From positions 1 through 64,000 of the IMG/VR virus record IMGVR_UViG_3300032214_000528: a DNA stretch of 64,000 nucleotides; one strand, 5' to 3'. The DNA is from a virus. Every line of letters starts with the position of its first letter. Within the stretch, counting starts at the first letter, position 1. Both the position numbers and the translations under genes were made by a program. Below, one piece after another: positions 24,331-34,121 of the stretch. Under the pieces are notes generated by a model, which saw only the letters and a list, made by a program, of their open reading frames with translations, ran no database searches and was not told the origin of the DNA.

Positions 24331-24522
24331 TAGGAGGGTCTCCGAATCATAGTAAGGTTTACTGTATAGTGTATAAATTATAACTGCTTCTGGGTATATT
24401 TAGATTTTTAAAGGTCTGTGCTGTATACTTGTATTTACGTCAGAAAACACTAAACCTCGGGTCCTTTACCTATTGCGGTTCTATTGATAAGGTGACGCCA
24501 TAGACAAAGGGAGGATCAATTA

Positions 24523-27180
24523 GTGACAACAAACGCCGATAGATTTAAGAAAGCTACTAGCTGGTATGCAGCAAATAGTTGGGAAATTCTCCCTTGCCAC
24601 GGCATCGTTGATGGTAGATGCACATGCGGTCAGTCTCATATGGAATCAAAAGATATTGGAAAACATCCAGCAATTAATGCTTGGAATATTGAGTCAAGTT
24701 CTGACATCGCAAAAGTACATACTTGGTGGGAAACGAATGCCGAATACAACATTGGCGTCAACTGTAAAGCTTCTGGTTTTCTTGTAATTGATATTGATCC
24801 ACGTTCTGGTGGCGATCTTGCGTATGACAAGTTTGAAGCTTATGTAGAAGGAGCGCTTCCTCCAACGGTTGAAGCTACTACTGGGCAATATGAAGTCAAT
24901 GGAAAAATTATTCGCGGTCGTCACTTGTTCTATAAGTGCAGTGAAAATGAAGATTTAATTGGAAACCTATCAAAGCTTGGTTTTAAAGGAATTGACGTAA
25001 AGCACAACGGGTACGTTCTTATAGCTCCGTCTCGTCACTTTTCTGGAATTACATATGAATGGGTAGAAGGCAAGGAGCCTTGGAGTATTCCAATGGCAGA
25101 AGCTCCAGAAGAATTACTTATCCCTTTAAGAAAAAATAAAAGATCTTTTGGTAGTAACAGATATCAAGGAGCAGACTGGGACTCACTTCTAGAAGACTCT
25201 GTTAGTCAAGGTGTAGATGTTGATGGAATTCTTAATGACGGTATTGAAGAAGGGGAAAGAGCTGTAAAGCTGTTTCAACTTGCTTGCTCTCTTGCTAATA
25301 AGTTTCCAATTAAAGAAGCAGTCGGTCGTGAAGCTCTTATCTCGTTTATGATTAGATTTAATGGAGAAAAAGTTAATCCTCCAATGCCGTTAGAAGGTCC
25401 GAACTCTGTAATCATGCATACAGAACGTGCTATTGATTTTGTTTTAAAAAACCCTATAAGTGAGAAGATTTGGCCAGGCGCTACAGAAATTGCAAACCGA
25501 ATGGTTGAAAATACCAAGCGGGAGCAGAATACAGAAGACATAAATAAACTAACTGCCTTAACTGGTGTTGTATATCCAGGAATTGATCAGAATGCAAATA
25601 TCTATTCCTCTACAGAAGATGACTACAGTTTGCCAGGAACTATCGGCGGTAATGTTTACGAATCTATTAAGCAAGGTATGTCTTTAGAAGAGGCTTCATC
25701 TAATTCCAATATGCAATCCGTAGTTGATCAGGATGCTATAGCTGTTGAAGATAGAGGCAAAGATTGGAAGGGAAGGTCCCTCACCGATACAGGCAATGGT
25801 CGTCGTTTAATTGATTCTTTTGGTAGAGCGATTCGCTACACTCCCGGACTTGGTTGGTTTGTGTGGAGTAATGGTTATTGGAAACCAGATGCGGAAAACC
25901 TACACATGCAAGAGATAGCTAAAAAACTTGGTTCTTTAATTGTTACTGAGACTCATGCTTACGAGGAGCCAGCTGATCAGCAAAAAATAATTGCGTGGGG
26001 TGCTCAAGCAAAATCTGAAGGAAGATTAGCTGCTGCTGTAAAGAATGCAAATTCAGATCCAAGAGTTAGAGTTGATGTTGACCAATGGGATTCCGATCCA
26101 AATTTAATAGGAACTCTTAACGGTGTTGTTGATCTTCGTACTGGAGAATTGCTTAAAGGTCGTCCAGATTTATATATTACAAAACGTGCCCCTGTTGCGT
26201 ATACCCGTGGGTTAACTAATATGCGTTGGCAACAGTTCCTAGATTTTGCTACAGACGGAGATAAAGAATTTCAAGACTGGCTACAACGTGCTGCTGGGTA
26301 TTCTATGACAGGTCATAATCAATATGACTTAATGTTTTTGGTATATGGACCAGCTGGTTCTGGTAAAAATACTTTAGTTGAATCTATTGTTAAATGTCTT
26401 GGAAGTAGCCAGTATGCATATGCTATGGACTCTGGGATCCTTGCAGCAGACGGATCTAACCACAACACCGATCTCTACCACTGGGCAGAAATGCGTGGAC
26501 GTAGACTTGCTTGGGCAGATGAGCTTCCAGATAACGAGCGTCTAAAAGAAAACTCGGTGAAGAAGTTAACTGGTTCTGAGGAAATTACTGCTCGTTCTCC
26601 TGGAGAAAAACCGTTTACTTTTAAGTCTCAGATTAAAGTTTGGATTACAACTAACCATAGACCAATCATTACTGATGATGCTATGTGGCGTCGTATCCGT
26701 CCTATCCCGATGCTAAAGACACCTGAGCACTCTGACCCTACTCTGAAAGAATTTCTCTTTGATCCTGAAGGAGGTCTTCCAGCAATCTTTTCTTGGGCAG
26801 TAGAAGGAGCTATAAAAGTTCTTGGATCTAGTCAAAGAGATGGTCTTGGTTGGTGCAAAGTTGTGTCTGAAGCTGCCGAAATGTATCGCAAGAACGAAGA
26901 TAGAATTGCTCTATTCTTAGATGAAGAGACTATTCAATCTGAAGGTACAAGTATCTTAGTTAAGGCTTTGTTCCTTCACTACCGTAATTGGAGCGAGGAT
27001 CGTGGAGAACGACCTCTCACTCAGATTGGGTTTGATCGTAAACTTCGTGAACGTAATTTTAAAGTAGAAGGTAGTGGTGCTAAAGCAACTGTCTACGGTA
27101 TGCATAGAGCTCCAGCCCCAGTGCCGACTGCGATTCATGGAGATGTCAACTGGATGGAAGCAACTAGGTTTCTCCACTAA
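24523..27180 (+). CDS. Bifunctional DNA primase-polymerase / D5-like SF3 helicase
   Basis: Prim-Pol motifs (GKHP, LVIDIDPRSGG, GRHLFY, GYVLIAPSRH), D5_N motif (LTDTGNGRRL...GWFVW), Walker A GPAGSGKNT, ADELP, and ITTNHRP. Confidence 0.92.
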   Translation: MTTNADRFKKATSWYAANSWEILPCHGIVDGRCTCGQSHMESKDIGKHPAINAWNIESSSDIAKVHTWWETNAEYNIGVNCKASGFLVIDIDPRSGGDLAYDKFEAYVEGALPPTVEATTGQYEVNGKIIRGRHLFYKCSENEDLIGNLSKLGFKGIDVKHNGYVLIAPSRHFSGITYEWVEGKEPWSIPMAEAPEELLIPLRKNKRSFGSNRYQGADWDSLLEDSVSQGVDVDGILNDGIEEGERAVKLFQLACSLANKFPIKEAVGREALISFMIRFNGEKVNPPMPLEGPNSVIMHTERAIDFVLKNPISEKIWPGATEIANRMVENTKREQNTEDINKLTALTGVVYPGIDQNANIYSSTEDDYSLPGTIGGNVYESIKQGMSLEEASSNSNMQSVVDQDAIAVEDRGKDWKGRSLTDTGNGRRLIDSFGRAIRYTPGLGWFVWSNGYWKPDAENLHMQEIAKKLGSLIVTETHAYEEPADQQKIIAWGAQAKSEGRLAAAVKNANSDPRVRVDVDQWDSDPNLIGTLNGVVDLRTGELLKGRPDLYITKRAPVAYTRGLTNMRWQQFLDFATDGDKEFQDWLQRAAGYSMTGHNQYDLMFLVYGPAGSGKNTLVESIVKCLGSSQYAYAMDSGILAADGSNHNTDLYHWAEMRGRRLAWADELPDNERLKENSVKKLTGSEEITARSPGEKPFTFKSQIKVWITTNHRPIITDDAMWRRIRPIPMLKTPEHSDPTLKEFLFDPEGGLPAIFSWAVEGAIKVLGSSQRDGLGWCKVVSEAAEMYRKNEDRIALFLDEETIQSEGTSILVKALFLHYRNWSEDRGERPLTQIGFDRKLRERNFKVEGSGAKATVYGMHRAPAPVPTAIHGDVNWMEATRFLH

Positions 27181-27212
27181 TCACCCCTTCCCGGCTGCTG
27201 TATCTTTATGGT

Positions 27213-27617
27213 ATGTATGAATACCGTGTAAAGAAAGTAACTGGCGTTGTTGATGGGGATACTATCGACGTTGAGCTTGACTTAGGTTTTAACATTTCTT
27301 ACTCTCAAAGAGTACGTCTTGCTGGGATTGACACTCCAGAGTCAAGAACTACAGATAAGAAAGAAAAAGCTTTAGGTCTTGAATCTAAGCAGCGTCTTAA
27401 AGATGTTCTCTCAAAGGCTCAGACTATTGTTATCCGTACAGAGCTACCTGATAGCTCAGAAAAATATGGCCGTATTCTCGGTTGGTTATTCTTAGATGGA
27501 GCGGAGCAGTCAGTTAATGAAGCTCTTGTTGCCGATGGCTATGCTTGGGGATATCTAGGAGATACAAAAGTTAAAAACTTTGAAGAGCTTGCTGCAAAAA
27601 GAAAAATATCTAACTAG
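27213..27617 (+). CDS. Thermonuclease (SNase-like) family nuclease
   Basis: VVDGDTIDV, RVRLAGIDTPE and KYGRILG motifs. Confidence 0.9.
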   Translation: MYEYRVKKVTGVVDGDTIDVELDLGFNISYSQRVRLAGIDTPESRTTDKKEKALGLESKQRLKDVLSKAQTIVIRTELPDSSEKYGRILGWLFLDGAEQSVNEALVADGYAWGYLGDTKVKNFEELAAKRKISN

Positions 27618-29023
27618 CCTTTAGGACTAAATACCCTAGCTCCACCTCCACCACCTCTAAATGGTGGAAGTCTTCTTGCGGATGGAGACTTTGCGGTGAT
27701 GCGGCCACCAGTAAAACCTTCAGGTGGTTTAATCATCAATGCGGTAAGTGCGTGCACTAATGCATCCACACGGTCTGGAGATTTTGAATCTCCTGGAATC
27801 CACGCTGTCATTTGCGACTCAAGATCAGCTAAATATCCAATATGATGAACACGACCTTGCTCGTATGCAAGGACTGTTGGCTCGGCACGCAATGCCTTGC
27901 CATACTTTGAGTGGACTTCTAAAACTTTAACATTTGGATCAATAGCATTAATTGCTTGACGAACTAGAGCTCCACCTTGATTAATTTCGGCAACCACTGG
28001 GCAACCCCAACGTCTAGCCATTTCAACAACTTTGTTTGCCCACACTTCTGGTGAGCCGAGAACAGATGCATCTTCAAGCACCCAAGCATGGCGCTTATAT
28101 AAATCTCTATCTGCAGTTGCAGCACAAACAACAATTCCACACTCATCTCGTGGGTTTTCTGCAACAGATGGGTCAACACCAATTACACGAAGTGGTGCTT
28201 GCGGTGGAAGAACTCCATGCCGTGATGCTTCAATCATTTCAATTGTCCACAATGCACCTTCAACATCTGAAAGCATTTCACCATAAAGTTCTTGAGCAGC
28301 AAGTCTAGTTCCTGCATATACACCAGTGATTGTGTCAAGATAAGTTGAGCTAAGGTTTCCAGCATTGTCCATTGTGCTACCACGGCTAATCACAACCTTG
28401 CCAGTCTTTTCTGCTTCAGCCATAAGTGAGTAAAGAAGTGGAACACGCTTTGGTGTAGTAGTAACCATAATCTGTGGAGATGCTCCAAGACGAGTACCCA
28501 CACGCAAGTTATCAAAAGCAGTCATACCAGCAGCATCTGGAGTCTGTCTCCATGCTGCAATCTCATCTCCCCACGCATGTGTAAATTGTGGACCACGGAG
28601 TGAGTCTGGTTCATCTGCGGTAAAACATGTTGCTGTATTTCCATTAGGCCAAGTTAATCGGCGCTTCGATGGTTCGTAAAGTGGACGCTCACTTGGTGGC
28701 GTCACATTCATAATTCCTGATTCACCTTCAACAATAACGTCACGCACATCTGCTGCAGTACGAGCAACTAATGCAAAGCGACGCTGACCTGTTGTTGTGT
28801 ATTTAGCTTGTTCTCTTACCCATTCGGACGCAGAGCGGGTCTTGCCCGCTCCACGTCCTGCAAGATAAATCCAAATATTCCAATCGCCTTCAGGAGCAAT
28901 CTGCTCTGGTCGACCCCACATGTTCCAATTCCATTTAACATCTTCCATGTTTAAGTCAGCAAGAACCGCATCACGTTCCTCTTCGGGAAGTGAAGCAAGT
29001 ATCTCCATCATGCTCTTAGCCAT
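27614..29023 (-). CDS. terL: Terminase large subunit
   Basis: Walker A AGRGAGKT, SLRGPQF, Walker B WGDEIAAW, TTTP motif III, nuclease VIGVDPS and SPDRVDA. Confidence 0.92.
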   Translation of the reverse strand: MAKSMMEILASLPEEERDAVLADLNMEDVKWNWNMWGRPEQIAPEGDWNIWIYLAGRGAGKTRSASEWVREQAKYTTTGQRRFALVARTAADVRDVIVEGESGIMNVTPPSERPLYEPSKRRLTWPNGNTATCFTADEPDSLRGPQFTHAWGDEIAAWRQTPDAAGMTAFDNLRVGTRLGASPQIMVTTTPKRVPLLYSLMAEAEKTGKVVISRGSTMDNAGNLSSTYLDTITGVYAGTRLAAQELYGEMLSDVEGALWTIEMIEASRHGVLPPQAPLRVIGVDPSVAENPRDECGIVVCAATADRDLYKRHAWVLEDASVLGSPEVWANKVVEMARRWGCPVVAEINQGGALVRQAINAIDPNVKVLEVHSKYGKALRAEPTVLAYEQGRVHHIGYLADLESQMTAWIPGDSKSPDRVDALVHALTALMIKPPEGFTGGRITAKSPSARRLPPFRGGGGGARVFSPKG

Positions 29024-29029
29024 TTGTGC

Positions 29030-29488
29030 CTAACCTATGCGTTGAAGACTTCTTTGTACTCCATAGTATAGAGGGGCTGCTGAACTTAGACCCATTGCTT
29101 TTGCAAGATTTGAGAGGGAGATACCAGACTGATATTCCTTAGCTAGTTGATCGTGATAAGCATCTACGCTTTCGCCTTTTGCATTAACTACACGCTTGGC
29201 TGCTTCTTGGACTTGTTCTGGTGTCAAACGAATAGATGTCTTTTCTCTTGATACTGCTACATCATCCATAACAACACGACGACGCACACCTGCGTATGCA
29301 ACTTTAAGTTCTTTTGCTAACTTTGGAAGGCTGCCACCACGCTTGTGAAACTCAATTAACAGTCTCGTATATTCACGACTTGCATCGTGAGCAGGGGTTT
29401 TTTGCTCTCTTGAGCCAAAAGCTTTTTTGGCCAAAGGTAGAATTGGTTCAATTTTTGCTTTGTATTCTTGTACAAGCTCTGCGTTCAT
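29030..29488 (-). CDS. Duplicated-HTH DNA-binding protein upstream of terL
   Basis: Two similar units: GGSLPKLAKELKVAY and GISLSNLAKAMGLSS. Confidence 0.65.
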   Translation of the reverse strand: MNAELVQEYKAKIEPILPLAKKAFGSREQKTPAHDASREYTRLLIEFHKRGGSLPKLAKELKVAYAGVRRRVVMDDVAVSREKTSIRLTPEQVQEAAKRVVNAKGESVDAYHDQLAKEYQSGISLSNLAKAMGLSSAAPLYYGVQRSLQRIG

Positions 29489-29526
29489 TATGTCTCCAAT
29501 TATGTCTCTGGCGTGTGTCAGAGTCT

Positions 29527-29556
29527 ATTCTAGACATAAGTAGTAGGATAAGTCAA
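29527..29556 (-). promoter_or_regulatory. SigA-type promoter for the HTH-terL unit
   Basis: Minus strand TTGACT-N18-TAGAAT, about 40 nt upstream of the ATG at 29488. Confidence 0.6.
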
Positions 29557-29562
29557 ATAGGG

Positions 29563-29739
29563 TTATTCGTCATCATCACGAGCGTTGCGGAGTGGGTATG
29601 TGGTCCACCAAACAACCATCGCAAAAATGATGGCATAGCCCACGATTGTCTTTGCAGATCCATCAAGGACTAGCCAAGCAATAAACATGCCTAGCAAGGT
29701 CCAGACCTGATCAATGACATCTCTTAGGAAGTCCTTCAT
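29563..29739 (-). CDS. Small two-helix membrane protein (58 aa)
   Basis: Manual read: MKDFLRDVIDQVWTLLGMFIAWLVLDGSAKTIVGYAIIFAMVVWWTTYPLRNARDDDE*. ATGA overlap with the stop of 29736..33389. Confidence 0.75.
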   Translation of the reverse strand: MKDFLRDVIDQVWTLLGMFIAWLVLDGSAKTIVGYAIIFAMVVWWTTYPLRNARDDDE

Positions 29740-32700
29740 GGCTTTCTCCTTCTTGTTGCTGATCCTCCAGACGGAGCTCCTCCGCCTGACCCGCCGCCAC
29801 TGCCACCACCGCTAGATGATCCAGTACCGCCTGTCGCTGTTCCTGCTACCGCCACAGCTGCTGCCACTGCTTGTCCTACAACGACTGTAGCTAAAACCAT
29901 CTTCTCTGCTTCTTCACGTTCTTCTTCAGACATATCTGCACCAAGACTTGTCAACGCAAGTAGCGCCTGTGCAGGGTCATTAAATAGTGCATCTACTAAT
30001 GCTCCTGGATCAGCAACTAATTCTAGCGCTGCTGCTACCTCAGCGATAATAACAATCTCATTGCCATTCTCATCTTGACGTACCTCTACAGGAGTCTCTG
30101 GAGGTAGGTCTTCGTACTGAATTCCAGCATCTTGAATCTGTTCTTTAGTTAGATTTTCACCAGGAGCAACTGACTCAATAAGAGCATCTGCAACAAGATC
30201 TTTTTCAGCTTCTGTCAGCTTTCCATCGGCAGCTAGAGCATCAGAAAGATTGTTAACTTCATCTTTAGTAATTTCTCCATCTGCATTAAGAGCATCGAGA
30301 ATCTCTTCAGCATCAGCAGCACTCAACTTGCCATCACTAATAACATCTTCTACAGCAGCATCAATTTCTTCTTCTGTAGTTTCTGCAGGTGGCTCTTCTG
30401 CAGGTGGTTCCTCTGCTGGAGGTTCTTCTGCTGGAGGTTCCTCTGCTGGAGGTTCTTCAGCAGGTGGTTCCTCTGCTGGAGGTTCTTCTGCTGGAGGTTC
30501 TTCTGCTGGAGGTTCCTCTGCTGGAGGTTCTTCAGCAGGTGGTTCCTCTGCTGGAGGTTCCTCTGCTGGAGGTTCTTCTGCTGGAGGTTCGATTGGAGGC
30601 TCTGGTTCAACAGGAGGTTGTTCTGGTTCTGGTTCTGGTTCTACAGGAGGTGGTGGAGGAGGTGGAGGAGTCAAGTCATCAACAAAAACTTGAGTAGCAA
30701 CTATGTCTGAATATTTAGCAAGAGAATCGTTATCTGATCTAACAGATATTTGATAAGTATTATCTAACCCGCCTGTACTTTCAAACAAAGCTGCTGAAAG
30801 AACAATGCTTGTGTTTAAAGCATTAACATCTCCTGCATTACCAGTTGCTACTCCCCAACCGCTACCTCCGATAGACCAAGAGATTGCGTAACGTTCTGGT
30901 GCAATTACACCTGTTGGTGGATCCCAAGAAACTTGAATATCACCGTTACTTAGTTGAGTAACAACAATATTTGTAGGTGGAGCAATAGGACTCTGAAGAA
31001 TGACTTCTTGAGCTACAACTGTTTGTGCAGTTTGTACAGCTGCAATTGCCTCAACTGTCTCTGTAATTGCTGTCTGAGCTAGGGTTACTGCAGTTTCCAT
31101 AGCTTGGACTGCTTGTTCTGCTACTACTAAATTCTGCTGTGCACCTACTAAATTTTGCTGAGCAGTGTCTTCTTCTAAGTCTAAAACTTCTAGTTCGTCT
31201 TGCTCTGCTTCAACTGTGGCTTCAGCAGTTGCTAGTGTTTGTAATTGCTGAGTGGTAGCTGACGACTGAGTAAATTCAGAACCAGGAGCTATAACATAGC
31301 CAGTTGCATCGCTGTAACGATAGAACCAGACACCAGCTCCTCCGCCGTTCTCGTAATACCACAACTCGAATTCCGTACTATCTCCAGCAGCTATTGCTTG
31401 CTCTACAACACTTCCTCCGCCACCTTTGTCGTACCAATCATTAATCACTAGCTGACCATCAAGATACAGCTTTACCCCGTCATCTGCTGGAGCATAAACA
31501 TGAGTTACTTCAACTGAAGGTGTCCAAGTTCCTGTGTACTTAACAATTACATCTTCGTGAAGATTTGATCCAGCAACGTAACCGCCACCCCATTGTTCGC
31601 TAATTCCATTAGTGTCAGTAGTTGTAAGAACTGGAGCTGCGTTTGTAGGTAATACTGGAGCGTTATTCTGACCCTGTACGTTGTAGACCTCAACTTTTAG
31701 ACCTTGAGCTGTGTTGGCATCTACAACTGCTTGAGCTGCTGCTTCTACTGTAACTGCAGCAGCAACGACGACTTCCTGAGCATCTACTGCTGCTTGCGCT
31801 TGAGCTAGAACTTCTGTCTTGTCTGCAACTACTGCTGTTGCTGCTTCAACTGTAGGAGCTGTCTCCGCTAAAGTTACTGCAGTTTCCATAGCAGTTTGCG
31901 CTGCTTCAACTGCTTCTTGGGCTTCAACTACTGCATCAACAGCAGCATCTACTACTGCAACTATTTCTGGTTTTTGTAGTGGCAAAGCATCTGATGATGC
32001 AACAACTGTCTGCAATGTGTTGGATACAGTTTCGACTGCTGCTGCAGACACAACGATCTGAGTCTCGGCAACGGCAACTACTGCTTCTGCTACAGCAGTA
32101 ACTGCTGGTTCTACTGATGCAACTGCAGTTGTAGTAGCAGTTGTAGCAACTGTTTCAGCTGTTGTTGCAGCTGTCTGAGCTGTAGATTGTTCTGTTTGAG
32201 CAGCAGTAAGAGTGGTTTGAGCTGTAGACAAAGCTGTAGTAGCAGTGGTTTCTGCTGTTTGTAAAGTTGTAAGAGTTGTTTGTTCTGTAGCTAAAGTAGT
32301 AGCTGCTTCCTGAGCTGCAGCCACAAGAGCTGGGTCAGAAGTAGTTTTTGTTACAGCAATATTGTCAATAATATAGTAGTCAGCATCTTTTGTAATTGTT
32401 AGTGTCTCAATAGATGAACCTGTTACTGTTTCAGTTGAGGTGTACCCGACCGCCTGTGTTTCAGCAGAAACGTTATTATCAATAATTGTTGTCGTGGTTG
32501 AGCCATCTGTATTTGTTGCTGTCATAGTTGTATCGCCATTTTTAGCGTATACGCCCATGGTCACAGAAGTGACAGTTCCAGTGTTGCTTGGGTTTACATC
32601 AATAACAACATCATTTGCTGGGTATTGAATTACAAGACCCGATCCTGATGTTTGAGCAGTATCCCAATTACCACCAATAGTTACACCAGATCCAGTAGTA

Positions 32701-33389
32701 ACTGTGACTACACTTGTGGTGTTATTAGCAAAAGTTTCTGTAACTGTTGTAGATGTGTTTGCTGCAGCTGCCTCTGCTTGAGCTGCTGTTGCAGTTGTTG
32801 CAGCTTGAGTAACCACTGCTTCTTGTATATCAACTGCAGTTGATGCTTGAGTTAAAGTTGTCTGTGCTGTCTCTACGACTGCTGTTTGGGTCGTAACTGT
32901 GGAGGTTGCTTGGGCCAAAGTTTGATTGGCAGCTTCCGATGTTGCAACTGCTGTCTCCGCCGCTGAGATTGTTGAACTTGCTGTTTGCGTAGCATTGTCA
33001 GCTTCTGTTACTGAGCTAGTTGCATTTTGAATAGATTCTGTGACGACTGGAGAAGGTTCGGATATTGATGCTGCTACCTCCGCAATTTGAGTGACTTTTG
33101 TTTCTAGTGTTGTTACAGTAGATTCTGCTGTTGCTACAGCAGTTGACGCTTCAGCTAGTGGACCTTGCGTTGGTTCCACTGAAGTGTCTGTTGGGATCAC
33201 CTCCGACGACGCACTGGATACTGCATTAGTTGTTCCAGTACCTCCTTGATCTTGAGGAGTTGCGTCCTCAGCGATAGCGGCTGATGGGTTAAGTATCCCA
33301 TAGATGACAGAAGTTATTGGGACAGCAAGAATGTAAGAGATGGCTTTAGCGCCAATCCTTACTTTAACTTTGCGTAAACGAGGACGCAC
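29736..33389 (-). CDS. Large secreted/membrane-anchored protein: signal peptide, Ala/Thr stalk, PA14, FnIII, (EEPPA)n, EF-hand-like acidic domain, C-terminal hydrophobic anchor
   Basis: Basic N-terminus, hydrophobic stretch and SAAIA cleavage-like site. PA14 motif ADDGVKLYLDGQLVINDW...YYENGGGA. FnIII motif PPTNIVV...VSWDPP. C-terminus VLATVVVGQAVAAAVAVAG...RRRKP. Confidence 0.75.
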   Translation of the reverse strand: MRPRLRKVKVRIGAKAISYILAVPITSVIYGILNPSAAIAEDATPQDQGGTGTTNAVSSASSEVIPTDTSVEPTQGPLAEASTAVATAESTVTTLETKVTQIAEVAASISEPSPVVTESIQNATSSVTEADNATQTASSTISAAETAVATSEAANQTLAQATSTVTTQTAVVETAQTTLTQASTAVDIQEAVVTQAATTATAAQAEAAAANTSTTVTETFANNTTSVVTVTTGSGVTIGGNWDTAQTSGSGLVIQYPANDVVIDVNPSNTGTVTSVTMGVYAKNGDTTMTATNTDGSTTTTIIDNNVSAETQAVGYTSTETVTGSSIETLTITKDADYYIIDNIAVTKTTSDPALVAAAQEAATTLATEQTTLTTLQTAETTATTALSTAQTTLTAAQTEQSTAQTAATTAETVATTATTTAVASVEPAVTAVAEAVVAVAETQIVVSAAAVETVSNTLQTVVASSDALPLQKPEIVAVVDAAVDAVVEAQEAVEAAQTAMETAVTLAETAPTVEAATAVVADKTEVLAQAQAAVDAQEVVVAAAVTVEAAAQAVVDANTAQGLKVEVYNVQGQNNAPVLPTNAAPVLTTTDTNGISEQWGGGYVAGSNLHEDVIVKYTGTWTPSVEVTHVYAPADDGVKLYLDGQLVINDWYDKGGGGSVVEQAIAAGDSTEFELWYYENGGGAGVWFYRYSDATGYVIAPGSEFTQSSATTQQLQTLATAEATVEAEQDELEVLDLEEDTAQQNLVGAQQNLVVAEQAVQAMETAVTLAQTAITETVEAIAAVQTAQTVVAQEVILQSPIAPPTNIVVTQLSNGDIQVSWDPPTGVIAPERYAISWSIGGSGWGVATGNAGDVNALNTSIVLSAALFESTGGLDNTYQISVRSDNDSLAKYSDIVATQVFVDDLTPPPPPPPPVEPEPEPEQPPVEPEPPIEPPAEEPPAEEPPAEEPPAEEPPAEEPPAEEPPAEEPPAEEPPAEEPPAEEPPAEEPPAEEPPAEEPPAETTEEEIDAAVEDVISDGKLSAADAEEILDALNADGEITKDEVNNLSDALAADGKLTEAEKDLVADALIESVAPGENLTKEQIQDAGIQYEDLPPETPVEVRQDENGNEIVIIAEVAAALELVADPGALVDALFNDPAQALLALTSLGADMSEEEREEAEKMVLATVVVGQAVAAAVAVAGTATGGTGSSSGGGSGGGSGGGAPSGGSATRRRKP
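30381..30590 (-). repeat. 14 tandem 15-nt repeats encoding (EEPPA)14
   Basis: (t/c)tc(t/a)gc(t/a)gg(a/t)gg(t/c)tc repeated 14 times, counted directly. Confidence 0.95.
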
Positions 33390-33461
33390 TTAGTAAACCC
33401 CCAGCGTAGGGCTAATAGTTCTGACAAGTTAGTGTCCGTAACCTGCAGAATTAATTATAAA

Positions 33462-34121
33462 CTAAGCGTTTTGCTTCCTTAAATAAACATGTCGTACAGT
33501 AGAGGCGTACCACTTAGCTCCACCTTGTACTGTTGGAATTGCTTCATTATTTAGGTTGTCAGCGATTGTTTTATAAGAAAGACCTGCATCTCTTTCTAAA
33601 AGTATTCTTTCTCTAATAGTTTCTTCTACTTGTGGAAGTGGTCCTAAATCAACTCCCCAAACCTTTTTATTGTCTCTTCTATCCTTATGAACATCCTTTT
33701 GACGCATGGAAATCATTCCACGTTCCATCTCTGCCATAGCAGACATAATTGTTACAACAAATCTTCCCTGATAAGTTCCTGTATCTAAACCTAGATCTAG
33801 TAATGCTAAACGCCACCCATACTTATGTGAGCGATCAACAATACTTAAAAAGTCACGAGTAGAACGAGCAAGTCGATCAAGACGAGTTACAAAAAGTGCT
33901 TTAGCTTTTCCTGTATCTAGGTCTTCTAAAGCTTGTCTTAAAACAGGACGACCAGTAATACTTTTACCAGAACGACCTTCTTCTCTAAGAATCACAGCTT
34001 CATACCCTGCTAGCTCTGCTGCAGCAATAAGTTGCTTTTCTTGAGCACCAAGACTCATGCCATCTTCTGCTTGCATCTGAGTCGAAACTCTTGCATAGCA
34101 GTAAGCAATGCCTTCACTCAT
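33462..34121 (-). CDS. Serine recombinase (resolvase catalytic domain plus short C-terminal DNA-binding domain)
   Basis: YARVST (catalytic Ser), EEGRSG, TRLDRLARS, AEMER, and C-terminal IADNLN...W. Confidence 0.9.
   Translation of the reverse strand: MSEGIAYCYARVSTQMQAEDGMSLGAQEKQLIAAAELAGYEAVILREEGRSGKSITGRPVLRQALEDLDTGKAKALFVTRLDRLARSTRDFLSIVDRSHKYGWRLALLDLGLDTGTYQGRFVVTIMSAMAEMERGMISMRQKDVHKDRRDNKKVWGVDLGPLPQVEETIRERILLERDAGLSYKTIADNLNNEAIPTVQGGAKWYASTVRHVYLRKQNA

Noticed and set aside
30250-30697. Plus-strand SAGG-repeat and QRNLQQ ORFs
   Set aside because: Other-frame translations of the (EEPPA)14 repeat.
23951-33436. GACAC (WhiA-type) boxes upstream of late genes at about 23953, 29516 and 33432
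   Set aside because: A 5-mer is expected often by chance; positions relative to promoters are inconsistent.
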